The notes under the pieces: model-generated
Seen by the model: the letters and a program-made list of their open reading frames with translations, nothing else
The model's database searches: none
Told to the model about the DNA's origin: nothing
Shown here: positions 44,126-54,752 of the stretch, piece by piece
Numbering within the stretch: position 1 is the first letter of the stretch
Layout: every line of letters starts with the position of its first letter
Source of the DNA: a virus
Taxonomy: Duplodnaviria; Caudoviricetes
DNA: 61,315 nucleotides
Reading direction: 5' to 3' (one strand)
Virus record (IMG/VR): IMGVR_UViG_3300020020_000031
Span: 1-61,315 of that record
Program-made: the position numbers and the translations under genes

Positions 44126-46458
44126 TGGTCGAAATCTATGGTAACGACAACGGTGGCGGCTTATCCGGACCGAATGGCCATAGGGTCGCTGTCCATTATA
44201 CCATCCAGGGCCAGAGTATTGCCGGTAACTACACTGACGTGTATTGGGCGTATGGTGTTGACTACGGTAACCCCAACTGGTGGAACAATATCACCAACCG
44301 ATCCTGTAGCTTCAGCGTTGTCGTTGGCGCTAGCATAGTCGGATTGACCGGCTACGGGACCGCATTCTCGTCGGCTCCGATCATCAACACTAGCGATCCC
44401 GGCTACGGCGGACAGCTTCACTGGTTTGTGGATGGGACGTTCCGTCTTAACCACAATAGCAACGGCCAGGGCACTTTCCGCATCAATGCGCAAATGTCCT
44501 TCAATAGCAATCAGTGGACGTCGTTCATCACCAACTTTGATGTTGGCTTAGCGAATATCATCCGTCCGCCGTCGGCTCCGACTGTGCTTACGGCTACCCG
44601 GATTAGCGATACGCAGATCAACCTAGGTTGGACCAACAACTCCGGATCATTTACCGCCTATTCAAACGTGGCGGTCCTTCGGTCCACCGACGGGGGCGGG
44701 TACGCGCTCATCGCCACGTTGGGTGTGGTTACTAGCTACAACGATACGGGAGTCTCCGCCAACCATAAGTACACCTACAAGGTCCAGGCACAGAATGCGG
44801 CCGGCACGGCGGATTCCTCCGCCTCTTCAGCAGTTTGGACCACGCCCGGAACACCCACGAGCTTGACAGCAACAAAGCTTGCTGGTGGTAACATCCGGCT
44901 GGACTGGAATAATAACGTCAATTACTCCGAGTACACGGTACGGATCGAGGAATCTAACAACGGCGCCGCGTACGCGGAAATTGCAAGCGTATCAAGCGGA
45001 GTAATAACATGGGAGCACGTTTCTCCTGTTCAGGGGAATACGCACCAGTACCGGGTGCGCGCTAGGACGAGCTCCGGGACTACTCTGAACTCCAGTTACT
45101 CCAACCTATCCGCGCTCATCGTCCTCTTGAGTACCGCGAATCCGCCAACCGGACTCAGCCCCTCCGGTCCAACATTCGATGCAACCGAAGCCATTCTCCT
45201 TTCTTGGAATCATAACCCTACGGATGGCACGCCGCAGACTTCGTACCGGATCCAATATGAAGTGAATGGTGGAAGTACGATCACAATTGGTCCTACTTCC
45301 AGCGCGGTGTCGAGCTTCTCGCTTCCCGCTAGTACGGTTGCTAATGGCGCCACAATTACTTGGCGGGTCGCGACGGCCGGTCAGAATACCACCCTGTCCG
45401 CCAACTCCGCCACGGCTACGTTCTTCACCCAGAATCGTCCGACTTCGGTTGTATCCTCTCCCGGAAGCAGCGTCAATACCTCGGCTCTTACCGTTCAATG
45501 GACATACTTCCAATCCCAGGGAAGCGCTCAGGCCGCGTGGCATGCATACCTGATGCAGAAGGGTGTGCAGTCTGACTATAGCGATGCCACTTTAGTTGGC
45601 GAACTGTCCGGGACCGGCACGACTGCTCAGGCTACATTCCCCACTGCTTTGCTCGACGGTGAAACGTATCTTGTATGGGTTGATGTAACTAGTGCTTCCG
45701 GACTCCAGAGTTCGCTCGCGGGCGCCCAGCGCAAAGAGTTCACAGTTACGTTCTTGCCTCCGGCGAATGTTACTCTGGCGCTGTCTTACGAGGCAGACTA
45801 TGGACGGATGATCGTAACGGTAACCGGAAGCGCTGCGGTGGGTGGTGTTACGGAGCCTATTGCTCTTGTCGATCTCCAACGTCAAATTAACGGAGGCGAA
45901 TGGGTTACCTGGGCGACCGGGATGGCTCTCTCGGTTGGAACCCTGATGGCGATCTTGATGGATACGGCGCCCACAGTTCGTGGCACCAATAACTATCGAG
46001 CCGTTGTCTACTCAGCATTGCCCTCCTCTGTTCTGAGTCCGGAGGTCGCGAACGTTACTGCTGAAGAGCGTTGGGGATTCCTTAGTGCCGGTAGTAGCTT
46101 CGGGGAATTGGTACGAATGCGAGCTCGCCTATCGAGCCGTGCTGCGGTAGATCGAAACAAGAGCAGCTACCACTTCGCCAGTAGGCCCAAGCCGGTTGAG
46201 CTATCCGGGGAGGAGACCAACCTGAGGCTATCCGTCCTCGCCACGCTATACCCGCCTAGCCGGGGCGGGCAATCCTCGGAGCCGCAAGACTTGGAGGCGC
46301 TGGGGCTAACAACCGGCCCGGTATTGTGGCGGGACTATACCGGGCGTCGCATATTCGCCAGCTTGAGTGGCGTCAATGTTGACTACAATACGGATTCCGT
46401 TCTGTACCCGGCTGCATTCAATTTGACCGAGCTAGACTACGACGAGAATGTTGGATAG
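44125..46458 (+). CDS. Minor tail protein with FN3 domains
   Basis: QSIAGNYT N-terminus; PSAPT.L.A...W..N...Y.YKV.A.N FN3 repeats. Confidence 0.85.
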   Translation: MVEIYGNDNGGGLSGPNGHRVAVHYTIQGQSIAGNYTDVYWAYGVDYGNPNWWNNITNRSCSFSVVVGASIVGLTGYGTAFSSAPIINTSDPGYGGQLHWFVDGTFRLNHNSNGQGTFRINAQMSFNSNQWTSFITNFDVGLANIIRPPSAPTVLTATRISDTQINLGWTNNSGSFTAYSNVAVLRSTDGGGYALIATLGVVTSYNDTGVSANHKYTYKVQAQNAAGTADSSASSAVWTTPGTPTSLTATKLAGGNIRLDWNNNVNYSEYTVRIEESNNGAAYAEIASVSSGVITWEHVSPVQGNTHQYRVRARTSSGTTLNSSYSNLSALIVLLSTANPPTGLSPSGPTFDATEAILLSWNHNPTDGTPQTSYRIQYEVNGGSTITIGPTSSAVSSFSLPASTVANGATITWRVATAGQNTTLSANSATATFFTQNRPTSVVSSPGSSVNTSALTVQWTYFQSQGSAQAAWHAYLMQKGVQSDYSDATLVGELSGTGTTAQATFPTALLDGETYLVWVDVTSASGLQSSLAGAQRKEFTVTFLPPANVTLALSYEADYGRMIVTVTGSAAVGGVTEPIALVDLQRQINGGEWVTWATGMALSVGTLMAILMDTAPTVRGTNNYRAVVYSALPSSVLSPEVANVTAEERWGFLSAGSSFGELVRMRARLSSRAAVDRNKSSYHFASRPKPVELSGEETNLRLSVLATLYPPSRGGQSSEPQDLEALGLTTGPVLWRDYTGRRIFASLSGVNVDYNTDSVLYPAAFNLTELDYDENVG

Positions 46459-46472
46459 GAGAGGAACTAGCC

Positions 46473-46814
46473 ATGGGATTGAACAACGCGGGACTAGATG
46501 CCCTGCTCAACGACGGTAACGAGGCCGTGTTCTATGCGGCAATTGGAAGCGGCTCGGCTTCCGGCAACGAGAACAGCGCGGCGCGCGTAGCGCTTACGCT
46601 GGGCGCTCCTGCGGCGGGCGTGATCACAGTTAGCAACGTTCCGCTGGCTTTCACCGGGACTCCGTCGGCAGCCGCGACTCACGTACTGCTATTCAGCGCT
46701 AGCACAGCTGGTACATTCTACGGCTTCGATGCGCTGGCGGGCGATCAGGCATACAATGCCGCTGGTGCCTACCAAGTCACGGCTCTTACCTTGACCGGGA
46801 CATCGCCGGCCTGA
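46473..46814 (+). CDS. Minor tail protein
   Basis: ATHV.L.SASTAGTFYG motif typical of tail-fibre-associated proteins. Confidence 0.7.
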   Translation: MGLNNAGLDALLNDGNEAVFYAAIGSGSASGNENSAARVALTLGAPAAGVITVSNVPLAFTGTPSAAATHVLLFSASTAGTFYGFDALAGDQAYNAAGAYQVTALTLTGTSPA

Positions 46815-46828
46815 TAGGGGGATGTTCC

Positions 46829-47401
46829 ATGAAGCTCTCTAATGCCGGACTCCAAGAGTCGCTGGGACCGTACGCGAATCTCGGCGGCCTAGCGTTCACT
46901 ACATTCACCACGAAGAAAGACATCTCGCCGCTACCTATCCCGAAGATTCCGGCCGGACGGCTTGACATCGGGTCGATGCTTAAGATCGAGGCCGAAGGGG
47001 AATGGTCGTGTACTACGGGTTCCCCAACGATTATTCTCGGCCTCTACTTGGGTACCCATGATGGGACTCTTGCTATCCCCGCCATCGTTACCGATATCGC
47101 TCTGTCATCCGCCATGGCCTGCGGCGCAGGCGCTCTGACCGGGATGCCTTGGCGTCTGGAATGGCGCGGTAAGTGCATCAAGGTTGGATCGGCCGGACAA
47201 CTAGTTGGCAATGGGGAGTTGAACTTCGGAACGTCGCTGACCGCATTCAATAACGTCCCGATCCCGATTACGCAGGCGCTGCGTACGCTGGCGATCAACA
47301 CGACGGTGGAGAACGCCATCGGCGTTAGCGGTACCTGGAGCGCTAGCAACGCGGCGAACTCTCTCACCACTTACAACCTGACCGCTTCGATTCTCAACTA
47401 G
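46829..47401 (+). CDS. Virion structural protein
   Basis: Beta-rich protein within the tail module. Confidence 0.6.
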   Translation: MKLSNAGLQESLGPYANLGGLAFTTFTTKKDISPLPIPKIPAGRLDIGSMLKIEAEGEWSCTTGSPTIILGLYLGTHDGTLAIPAIVTDIALSSAMACGAGALTGMPWRLEWRGKCIKVGSAGQLVGNGELNFGTSLTAFNNVPIPITQALRTLAINTTVENAIGVSGTWSASNAANSLTTYNLTASILN

Positions 47402-47430
47402 TTCCCTCCGGGGAGGTCCGGGGGTGAGTT

Positions 47431-49161
47431 ATGTCGGTGATTGCCAGCGACGACTTCAACCGGGCCAACGAGACGCCGCTAGCCTCCGGATGGCAGACGG
47501 TTTCGACGGCATTCAATCTGAGTGGCAACGCTGCTGTTCCGTCTAATGTCAATGCTGACTGCCAAGCGTATTGGAGTGCTTGGAGCGCTGGCAATGACCA
47601 GTATTCCCAGGCCAAACTTTCCACCAGCAGCACAGGCGGCGGCGGAGTTGGCGTCGGCTTAATGGTTCGGGCTGCAACATCAACTACGTGGTACCGCTTG
47701 GCCATGGACCACGCCGCTTCCAACAACATTCAGCTACAGTATGAGATCAATGGTGCCGGTTCGGTTCTGATATGGAATAGAACGGCCGCTTGGAACAATG
47801 GGGATACCGTCCGGCTGGAGGCGTTCGGTACCACCCTACGGGTGTTCATCAACGGGGTGCAGGTTGGCGCCGATACGATCGATACCAATATTGCTATTGG
47901 TCAGCCAGGATTGTTCTATTCGTCAACGGCATCGGCGCCTTCGATCGATGACTGGGAGTGTGGCGATGACGCTTTGCAATCGGCGCCCCCGCCTGCCGCC
48001 CGGATAACTCTACCGCCGCATTTGTTGAAGGAATTACTTGAAGCGGCGGCTCGTCGGTACCAGCCGTCATCCGAAGAGGCTCTTGCGCAAGGCTCCTCCG
48101 ACTTCACTATGGATGTAGCTCTTGACGCCACGGGCGCCCGGGATAGCGCCGGAGTCGGAGCGCTTACGGCTGACGTGGTGGTCGCCGCTACGGGCGCACG
48201 GAACAGTGCCGGAGTGGCCAGCCTAGACGTGGCGGTCGCCGTAGCGGGTACCGGGAGCGCCCCCGCTCAAGGCGTGGCCGCGATCAGCGTAGACATCGCG
48301 CTTGCCTCTACCGGAGTTCAGCCGCCTAACCAAGGCGTGGCTGCATTTACCGTTGACGTAGCGCTCGCCGCTACCGGAGCGCGGGCCAGCCAAGGCGTCG
48401 CGGCCTTTGGAGTGGTTGTCGCCCTAGCCGGGACGGGCGCCCGGAATAGCTCTGGTATTGGAGACCTTGGCGTCGTAGTAACGCTGGCGGGGACCGGTGC
48501 TAGGGCGAGCCAAGGTGTTGCGGCTCTTAGCGCCGTCATAACGCTAGCGGGTACCGGCGCCAGGAATAGTCTCGGCGTTGTCGCAATCGGTGTCGATATC
48601 GCTCTTGCCGCTACCGGCGCCAGGAATAGTCTCGGGGTTTCGGCTTTCGGTATTGTTATTGCCCTGGAGAGTGTTGGATCCTCCGGAGGCGGTACCGGGG
48701 TTGCCAACTTTGGTGTTGTTGTCGCGGTTGCCGGGGGCGGAGCACGGAATAGCTCCGGGGTTGCAGACCTGGGTGCTGTTGTAACCTTGGCGGGCGTCGG
48801 GAATGCGCCGAGGCAAGGCGTGGCGGCATTCGGTGTTGTTGTAGCTCTTGTCGGGACCGGCGCTCGGAATAGCTTGGGTGCGGCTGCATTCGGAGTTAAC
48901 ATAGCGCTAGCCGCCAGCGGCTTGAGGAACTCTCTTGGCGTATCGCTATGGGATGTACAGATCTCGATAGATTCAATTGGGGTGGATCCGGCTGGCGTGA
49001 CGCCTGTGGCCCGCTTGCTTCGGCTATCATCCGACTATCGCGTAGGATTGAAGGCAAGCTACCGCGTAGGGTTGGACGCCGAGCCCGGTGCTGAATTGGA
49101 CGCTGAACATCGTGTAGGACTGGAGACCGAGTACGAGGTGGGCCTTACATGGAACAACTAA
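47431..49161 (+). CDS. Tail fibre-like protein (lectin-like N domain plus about 20-aa Gly/Ala/Val repeats)
   Basis: DDFNRAN; repeated GVAAFGVVVALAGTGARNS; C-terminal RVGL repeats. Confidence 0.75.
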   Translation: MSVIASDDFNRANETPLASGWQTVSTAFNLSGNAAVPSNVNADCQAYWSAWSAGNDQYSQAKLSTSSTGGGGVGVGLMVRAATSTTWYRLAMDHAASNNIQLQYEINGAGSVLIWNRTAAWNNGDTVRLEAFGTTLRVFINGVQVGADTIDTNIAIGQPGLFYSSTASAPSIDDWECGDDALQSAPPPAARITLPPHLLKELLEAAARRYQPSSEEALAQGSSDFTMDVALDATGARDSAGVGALTADVVVAATGARNSAGVASLDVAVAVAGTGSAPAQGVAAISVDIALASTGVQPPNQGVAAFTVDVALAATGARASQGVAAFGVVVALAGTGARNSSGIGDLGVVVTLAGTGARASQGVAALSAVITLAGTGARNSLGVVAIGVDIALAATGARNSLGVSAFGIVIALESVGSSGGGTGVANFGVVVAVAGGGARNSSGVADLGAVVTLAGVGNAPRQGVAAFGVVVALVGTGARNSLGAAAFGVNIALAASGLRNSLGVSLWDVQISIDSIGVDPAGVTPVARLLRLSSDYRVGLKASYRVGLDAEPGAELDAEHRVGLETEYEVGLTWNN

Positions 49162-49445
49162 CCATTAAGCGTGGCGACAAGCACGATGTCAGGCTTAACA
49201 TCGGCAATCCTCCCATGGACTTGGCGGGCGGGGTTGCTAAGGTTCACGTCCGGCCGTCAATTGTTGGCGCGGCGGAGGTCTTTGACGCAACCCTAGATGG
49301 TAATGTGGTGACTTGGACCCTGGATGGGACGTTGGATCCCGGTAAGTACATTCTGGAGGTCCAGATTACGGTAGGCGGAAACTGGGTTGTGACGGCGCCA
49401 AGTGACGGGATGATGATCCTCGTTGTCTTGCAAGATATTGCATAG
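49149..49445 (+). CDS. BppU-like baseplate protein
   Basis: IKRGD, G.Y.LEVQIT....T.PSDG. Confidence 0.65.
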   Translation: MEQLTIKRGDKHDVRLNIGNPPMDLAGGVAKVHVRPSIVGAAEVFDATLDGNVVTWTLDGTLDPGKYILEVQITVGGNWVVTAPSDGMMILVVLQDIA

Positions 49446-49455
49446 GCGGTGACGA

Positions 49456-51516
49456 ATGGCCGCTCCTACTGTTGTTGAGGTCCTGACTGACGAGGGTGCC
49501 AATACCGTCGCCTCGGTGACTACTGCAGCGGGCACTGCCGTTGACGACATCATAGTCGTATTTGCCACCGACAACTACTATGCCGGCTATAACAATCCAT
49601 CTCAGCCGTCGGGAGTTACTACCTGGGCTCACATTGTTCTTGTCGACCAGAATACTCACGTTCCTCCTCACCTAATCAAACATAATGCTTGGTGGGGGAA
49701 AGTAACTGCCAGCGGCGCAAAGACTATCAACGTTAGTCCTAGCTCCGATGAGGAAGTATACCTATCCGCCTATGTGCTTAGGGGTGCTGACCCAACTAGT
49801 CCTGTAGATGTGTTTGCGACGGCAGAGGACTCCTCACTCGGTAGTACGATCGCCATTCCGATTGTGACGACAACTGACCCCAACACCCGTGTAATCAACT
49901 CCACTTATAATGGTACCTATGGCGGCACTCCCGCAAACTTCTCTTCTGTTGATTCTCCTTGGACCGAAGAGGGCGAAGTCGGTAATGCGTTCGGACGTGC
50001 GGCAGTGGCTTCATATGCCAAGGTTGCAACCGGAGCAACGAGCGCCGCCAACTGGAACCTTTCAAGCAGTAGCTCCGGTCCGTCCATTACGGTGGCGATT
50101 AGGTCAGCTACCGCATCTCAGGGAGTCGCTGCCTTCTCAGTCGAGATCGCTGTGGCTGGTACCGGAGATGCTCCCGGTGCAGCGAATGGTGTTGGCGCCC
50201 TCGGCGTAGCGGTAACCGTTGCCGGAACGGGCGCTAGGCCCAGCCAGGGCGTTGGCGACATTAGCGTTCCAATTGAAGTCGCGGGATCGGGTTTGGTTTC
50301 AACGGCTGGCATTGGCGCGATCGCGGTAGAAATTGCCCTGGACGGGACCGGAGACGCGCCCAGCTTGACGGCGGTTGGCGTCGCGGCATTTACCGCCGAT
50401 ATAGCTCTCTTTGCATACGGGGCAGGAATATCCCGGATCACTCCGGTGCGGATATTGACGGCACACGAGATCCTGACCGGGAACCGAAACACCAAATTCT
50501 ATCTGGACGTCTTGGATTCCGCCAATGCTCCGTTAGCCCGCTTAGATGGTGTGACGGACGGTAAGCTGGACTGGATTGCTAATGTCGTCATCAAAGGCGC
50601 GGGTAGCTTGACGGTGATTGACGTTGACCAGGATGTCGATTGGCTGAACGCGCGCCTCCGCCCGGTTATGGTAATTGAAGGTTTGCCCATACAGCCTTTG
50701 GGAGTCTTCATGGTGTCCGAGGCTCCGGAGAACTGGGGCGGCGGGCGGAGTTGGTCTATCAAGCTTCTCGACAATACCACTATCTTGGATCAAGACACAG
50801 TTGCTGAGACTTATGCGTTGAATGCCGGCACGGTTGTTACTACGACGATCCGTCAGTTGATTGAGAGTGCGGGGATCACTAACCATTCCGTCACTTCATC
50901 TACTGCTACGGTTGCTGCGCCGTTAGTGTGGAGCGCCGGGACTAGCAAGCTTAGGATCGTTAACGACCTCTTGGCGCTAATTGGATACTTCAGCTTGTTC
51001 TCTAACTTCGATGGGCAGTACGTAGCCAGGCCTTATGTCCTCCCGGCCAAGCGGCCGTTGACCTATGAGTTTGTTGATGGGCCGGAATCAATCTACGAAC
51101 CAAGGTTCAACCGGGATAACGATATCTGGAGTATCCCCAATCGGGTAACTATCGTGGGGGTTGGGGACGGGACGACCGCCGCGCTGACCTCTACCATAGA
51201 CAACAACGACGCCACTTCTCCGTACTCCATCGCCAGCCGGGGGCGGGTAATTGGGCACACGGAGACTGGAGTGGAAGCGGCGTCCCAAACTGTTTTGAAC
51301 GAATACGCAAAAAAGAGATTGGTCGAACTGACTAGCCCGACTTCAAGCGTAGAGATCGCCCATATGCCAGTTCCTGGCCTGGCGGTTAATCAGGCAGCCA
51401 GGTTCCGACGCACAATAGCCGGGATTGATGCCCGTCATGTGGTATCGAAGACTAGTATTACGTTGGACGGTAAAGCCCTGGCTACTAGTACGCTCCGCGA
51501 GGTGGTGGACCTGTGA
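49456..51516 (+). CDS. Minor tail protein (fibre N-terminus plus hub-like C-terminus)
   Basis: Same Gly/Ala/Val repeats; C-terminal PLGVF, IPNRV, PYS..SRGR hub-type motifs. Confidence 0.75.
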   Translation: MAAPTVVEVLTDEGANTVASVTTAAGTAVDDIIVVFATDNYYAGYNNPSQPSGVTTWAHIVLVDQNTHVPPHLIKHNAWWGKVTASGAKTINVSPSSDEEVYLSAYVLRGADPTSPVDVFATAEDSSLGSTIAIPIVTTTDPNTRVINSTYNGTYGGTPANFSSVDSPWTEEGEVGNAFGRAAVASYAKVATGATSAANWNLSSSSSGPSITVAIRSATASQGVAAFSVEIAVAGTGDAPGAANGVGALGVAVTVAGTGARPSQGVGDISVPIEVAGSGLVSTAGIGAIAVEIALDGTGDAPSLTAVGVAAFTADIALFAYGAGISRITPVRILTAHEILTGNRNTKFYLDVLDSANAPLARLDGVTDGKLDWIANVVIKGAGSLTVIDVDQDVDWLNARLRPVMVIEGLPIQPLGVFMVSEAPENWGGGRSWSIKLLDNTTILDQDTVAETYALNAGTVVTTTIRQLIESAGITNHSVTSSTATVAAPLVWSAGTSKLRIVNDLLALIGYFSLFSNFDGQYVARPYVLPAKRPLTYEFVDGPESIYEPRFNRDNDIWSIPNRVTIVGVGDGTTAALTSTIDNNDATSPYSIASRGRVIGHTETGVEAASQTVLNEYAKKRLVELTSPTSSVEIAHMPVPGLAVNQAARFRRTIAGIDARHVVSKTSITLDGKALATSTLREVVDL

Positions 51517-52166
51517 ACCGTAACCTACCATTGCTGGTTCCAAAGGCGACCCCCGATCCAGATGCTGCTTGTTGGGCTACGGTAACACAGGCCTCCCCCT
51601 TACGAATCCGGATTGATGGTGAGAGCGCTGCGTTACCATTCACGCCGGGATCTTTGGTGGCCAATTTAGCGGTCAACGATCGTGTCTGGATCGCCCTTGC
51701 GACCAATGCAGATCCTTCGGTTAAGTCACGACGAGTCGTCATTATTGGCCGCTCAGGCGGGAATCAACTCCCCAGAAATGGTATTACGCTCCGAAGGAAT
51801 ACTACTCAGTCCATTCCTACGGCCGGAAGCTCGGTTGCGATCGATTGGAATGTTGCAGACTTCGAGACGCCCGAGATGTGGACGTCCGGTTCCACAGTTA
51901 CCATTCCCCTCCCCGGAATGTGGGCGTTTACGTTTCAAGTCGAGTGGGCGTCTGCTGTTGGAAGCGGCCGTGCTTTTCTGTCGGTCGAGATTAATGCAGC
52001 ACCGTACCGCCTACCTTACAACGGACAGAGCGAAACGTTTGTAACTATGGGATTCATTCAGCCGCTCCAGGCTGGCGAGACGTTTGTGTGTAAGGTGCTC
52101 CAGTCTTCCGGAGCGTCAATCAACGTCACTACCGCTAGGCTTCACGCTTACCGAATTGGGATCTAG
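51513..52166 (+). CDS. Minor tail protein
   Basis: WATVTQASPLRIR.DG OB-like N-terminus; C1q-like beta-sandwich C-terminus. Confidence 0.65.
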   Translation: MNRNLPLLVPKATPDPDAACWATVTQASPLRIRIDGESAALPFTPGSLVANLAVNDRVWIALATNADPSVKSRRVVIIGRSGGNQLPRNGITLRRNTTQSIPTAGSSVAIDWNVADFETPEMWTSGSTVTIPLPGMWAFTFQVEWASAVGSGRAFLSVEINAAPYRLPYNGQSETFVTMGFIQPLQAGETFVCKVLQSSGASINVTTARLHAYRIGI

Positions 52167-52198
52167 TAGACTTCGGACAAGTCGGGAGAGGAGAGAAC

Positions 52199-52504
52199 AT
52201 GACGGCAAAGAAAGCGCCGGCAAAGAAAGCGCCGGAGCCCGAAGAAGTAGTGCAAGGGAGCGGAACTCGGCAAGGACAGTGCCAAGGCGGGCCGTTGAAC
52301 GGTAAGCCTGGTATGTCGCGCTTCCCCAAGGGATTCCTGCTTGTAGACAAACAGGCCGACGCGGCTTGGGTCTACGACTGGAATGGCGTGGCATTCATTT
52401 GCCGCGACGACGAGCCGCGCGAACTGGAGACCGAGGGCCGCGTGGAAGCGGCCGAGAGCTCGGACTGGGACGTCGTAGCATTCACCGAGGGAGGCGTGCT
52501 GTGA
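52199..52504 (+). CDS. Hypothetical protein
   Basis: GAGAGGAG RBS; C.GGPL.G motif. Confidence 0.6.
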   Translation: MTAKKAPAKKAPEPEEVVQGSGTRQGQCQGGPLNGKPGMSRFPKGFLLVDKQADAAWVYDWNGVAFICRDDEPRELETEGRVEAAESSDWDVVAFTEGGVL

Positions 52505-53271
52505 GTAGTATCGCCTACCAGCCAATGCGGGACTTCGCGACGGAGTGGGACAACGGCTACCCGAGCGCAGTCTTCTCGGGAATTGTCGCGCTCTCCGGAG
52601 GCTATCACGCCTCCATTGAGGATAGCGTTTGGGGAAGCTACTCGGTGGTGCGCGTAGACGACAAGGCTCCGCCCGGTACCTGGCCGCGTAATCTATCCGC
52701 CGCCATTGACATGTCCAAGAACACTTCGGACATGGTCAAGGAGTTCTGGCGGGTATGGCGGGTATTTAGTAACCCGGCTGACCCGCGTCGGGCATTCTTC
52801 AACGCCTATGACGGCTGGGACGGTTCCGGCGACGCGGTTCGCTTGGACTTCGTTACCGGCGGCCAGTCCTGGGCGAATAGTACCCACAAGTGGCATGGCC
52901 ATCTCGAATGGCGTCGTCGGCACGTTACCAATCCGATCTCGTATGTGGCAGCACGATCTATGCTGCTGACAGACGAGGGCATTCCCGCGTACCTGGCCCG
53001 GATTGGCGCGGCTCCCGCGCCTACGCCGACCGGTAATGTGCCGGGAACCAGAACGCTCCGTGTGATTGACGGAGCAGGTATGCTGCACGGCGAAGACGTT
53101 CTCTTCGTGCAGAAGTACATCGGATGGCGCTGCGGAACTCCGGACGGCTGGTACGGAAATGGTACCGCTAACGGCGTCCGTTGGTACCAGGGAATGCGCG
53201 GAATCCAAGTGGACGGCGAAGTTGGTCCCGTGACCTGGACCCATCTTCTCCAGCGCGCGGTAACCTACTAG
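52501..53271 (+). CDS. Endolysin (M15-like peptidase plus peptidoglycan-binding domain)
   Basis: GYH...SAAID...HKWHGHLE; C-terminal GEDV..VQ...DG.YG.GT..VR.YQ...DG.VGP.TW. Confidence 0.8.
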   Translation: MSSIAYQPMRDFATEWDNGYPSAVFSGIVALSGGYHASIEDSVWGSYSVVRVDDKAPPGTWPRNLSAAIDMSKNTSDMVKEFWRVWRVFSNPADPRRAFFNAYDGWDGSGDAVRLDFVTGGQSWANSTHKWHGHLEWRRRHVTNPISYVAARSMLLTDEGIPAYLARIGAAPAPTPTGNVPGTRTLRVIDGAGMLHGEDVLFVQKYIGWRCGTPDGWYGNGTANGVRWYQGMRGIQVDGEVGPVTWTHLLQRAVTY

Positions 53272-53289
53272 AAAGCGCAGCCGCAGTTC

Positions 53290-53329
53290 GAGGGGGCGGT
53301 GGGTACCGGGGCTCGCCGTCCTCTCTTTG
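53290..53329 (+). terminator. Hairpin terminator after the endolysin
   Basis: GAGGGGGCGG ... CCGTCCTC stem followed by TCTTT. Confidence 0.45.
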
Positions 53330-53346
53330 CAATTGTGAGGTGATAT

Positions 53347-54003
53347 ATGGCGACGACGAGAGGGAATCCCGTGCCGGTTGATGATGATGGTGGAAGCAGA
53401 CCTGTACCGGATCCCACCCTTCTGACTACCGCACAATTAGTGCGAGCGACCCGAGCCGAGCGGGACTATGTTGACGGCAGGATTGCTGTCCTTATGGAAC
53501 GGTTGCGAGGAATTGATACCGCAACCGTTTTGCTTAATGAGACGGTAAACCGCGTCCCGACCGAGACGCAGACCGCGGTCGGGCGGCTGCAGGACCTGAC
53601 TGACGAGAAGTTCCGTTCGGTGGGCCTGCAGTTTCAGGAACGGGACACCCGCAGCGAACGCGAGTCACGGGACAACAAGGTTGCGGTCGATGCGGCGTTC
53701 GCGGCCCAAAAAGAGGCGGCGTCGGAGCAGAACAAGTCTAACACTTTAGCCATCACCAAGTCGGAGTTAGCTACTCAAGAGACCATCAATAAACTGGCTG
53801 AGTTGTTCAAGACAACTACCGATGCACTTTCCGATAAGTTAGACGATATGAAGGATCGGCTCGGACGTTTGGAGGCAACCGTCAGCAATATACAGACTGC
53901 TCGTGCAACCGGCCAACAATCGCAATCGAGCCTGTATATCGTTATGGGACTTTTGCTGACTCTTGGCGGAATCATCGTGGCGATTATACTAAGTCAAGGG
54001 TGA
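53347..54003 (+). CDS. Coiled-coil membrane protein of the lysis module
   Basis: AVDAAFAAQKEA, long coiled coil, C-terminal TM helix. Confidence 0.7.
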   Translation: MATTRGNPVPVDDDGGSRPVPDPTLLTTAQLVRATRAERDYVDGRIAVLMERLRGIDTATVLLNETVNRVPTETQTAVGRLQDLTDEKFRSVGLQFQERDTRSERESRDNKVAVDAAFAAQKEAASEQNKSNTLAITKSELATQETINKLAELFKTTTDALSDKLDDMKDRLGRLEATVSNIQTARATGQQSQSSLYIVMGLLLTLGGIIVAIILSQG

Positions 54004-54013
54004 AGGGAGGGCG

Positions 54014-54529
54014 ATGAACCGTCGCGCAGCAATCATTACCGGAGCATTCCTGACGGTTACAGCTGGAGCCGTAGGTATGGAGGTATGGTTCGCCGTTGAC
54101 AGCGATCCGGATACGCTGCCATGGACGGCTCTGATTGCTGACTACGTTCCCGCCCCTATTGCATTTATTGCCATAGCCATATTGGTTGCATGGCTTCCCG
54201 GCCATTTCGTGGAAGCCTACAAGGTCCGAAAGAAGGATGGCATGTTCTTCGATAATCCGAACATTCGCAGAATCCTCTACCTGGTGACTATTGTCCTAGC
54301 GGGCGTAGTCATCATCTTGAAGTATCTTCCGACTCCGTGGGCTATGACTGCGCGTGATGCAGTCAACGAGCTAATGGCATACCTCGCCGGTTTGGCGGGT
54401 CTAGTTGCTGCCGGCAATGTTACTAATCCGGCCACGACGAGCATAACAACGGTGACGCCCATTCCGTCTCCGTCCGTCGTCACTACTACGGAGACCACCG
54501 AAAAGCCTCCTTCAGATCTATCGCCCTAG
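54014..54529 (+). CDS. Holin-like multi-pass membrane protein
   Basis: Four TM segments; downstream of the endolysin. Confidence 0.65.
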   Translation: MNRRAAIITGAFLTVTAGAVGMEVWFAVDSDPDTLPWTALIADYVPAPIAFIAIAILVAWLPGHFVEAYKVRKKDGMFFDNPNIRRILYLVTIVLAGVVIILKYLPTPWAMTARDAVNELMAYLAGLAGLVAAGNVTNPATTSITTVTPIPSPSVVTTTETTEKPPSDLSP

Positions 54530-54679
54530 CGCCAGATTTCCCCCGCGAGGTACCGTTCCTATTTGATAGGTCTCGGCGAGGTCGAACGGTGGAGTTTGGG
54601 TTCCCTCTCCTCCCCGTTCCCCCGAGCCTCGGTGGTCCTCTCCTGTGGCCTCGCAACCCAGCCAGGAGGGGACCACCGC

Positions 54680-54747
54680 TTTACTTACGCGCTCCAGTGG
54701 AGTAGCGTTCGTGCTGTGGGGCGAGCGAGCGCCCCGGACGAGAGGGA
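54680..54747 (+). promoter_or_regulatory. Early promoter-leader cassette
   Basis: TTTACT-N17-TAGCGT, GGGGCGAGCGAGCGCCCC, GAGAGGGA. Confidence 0.65.
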
Positions 54748-54752
54748 TCCCA

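Noticed and set aside
53280-53330. Second tRNA (GTTCGA motif)
   Set aside because: No cloverleaf can be drawn; a terminator hairpin explains it better.
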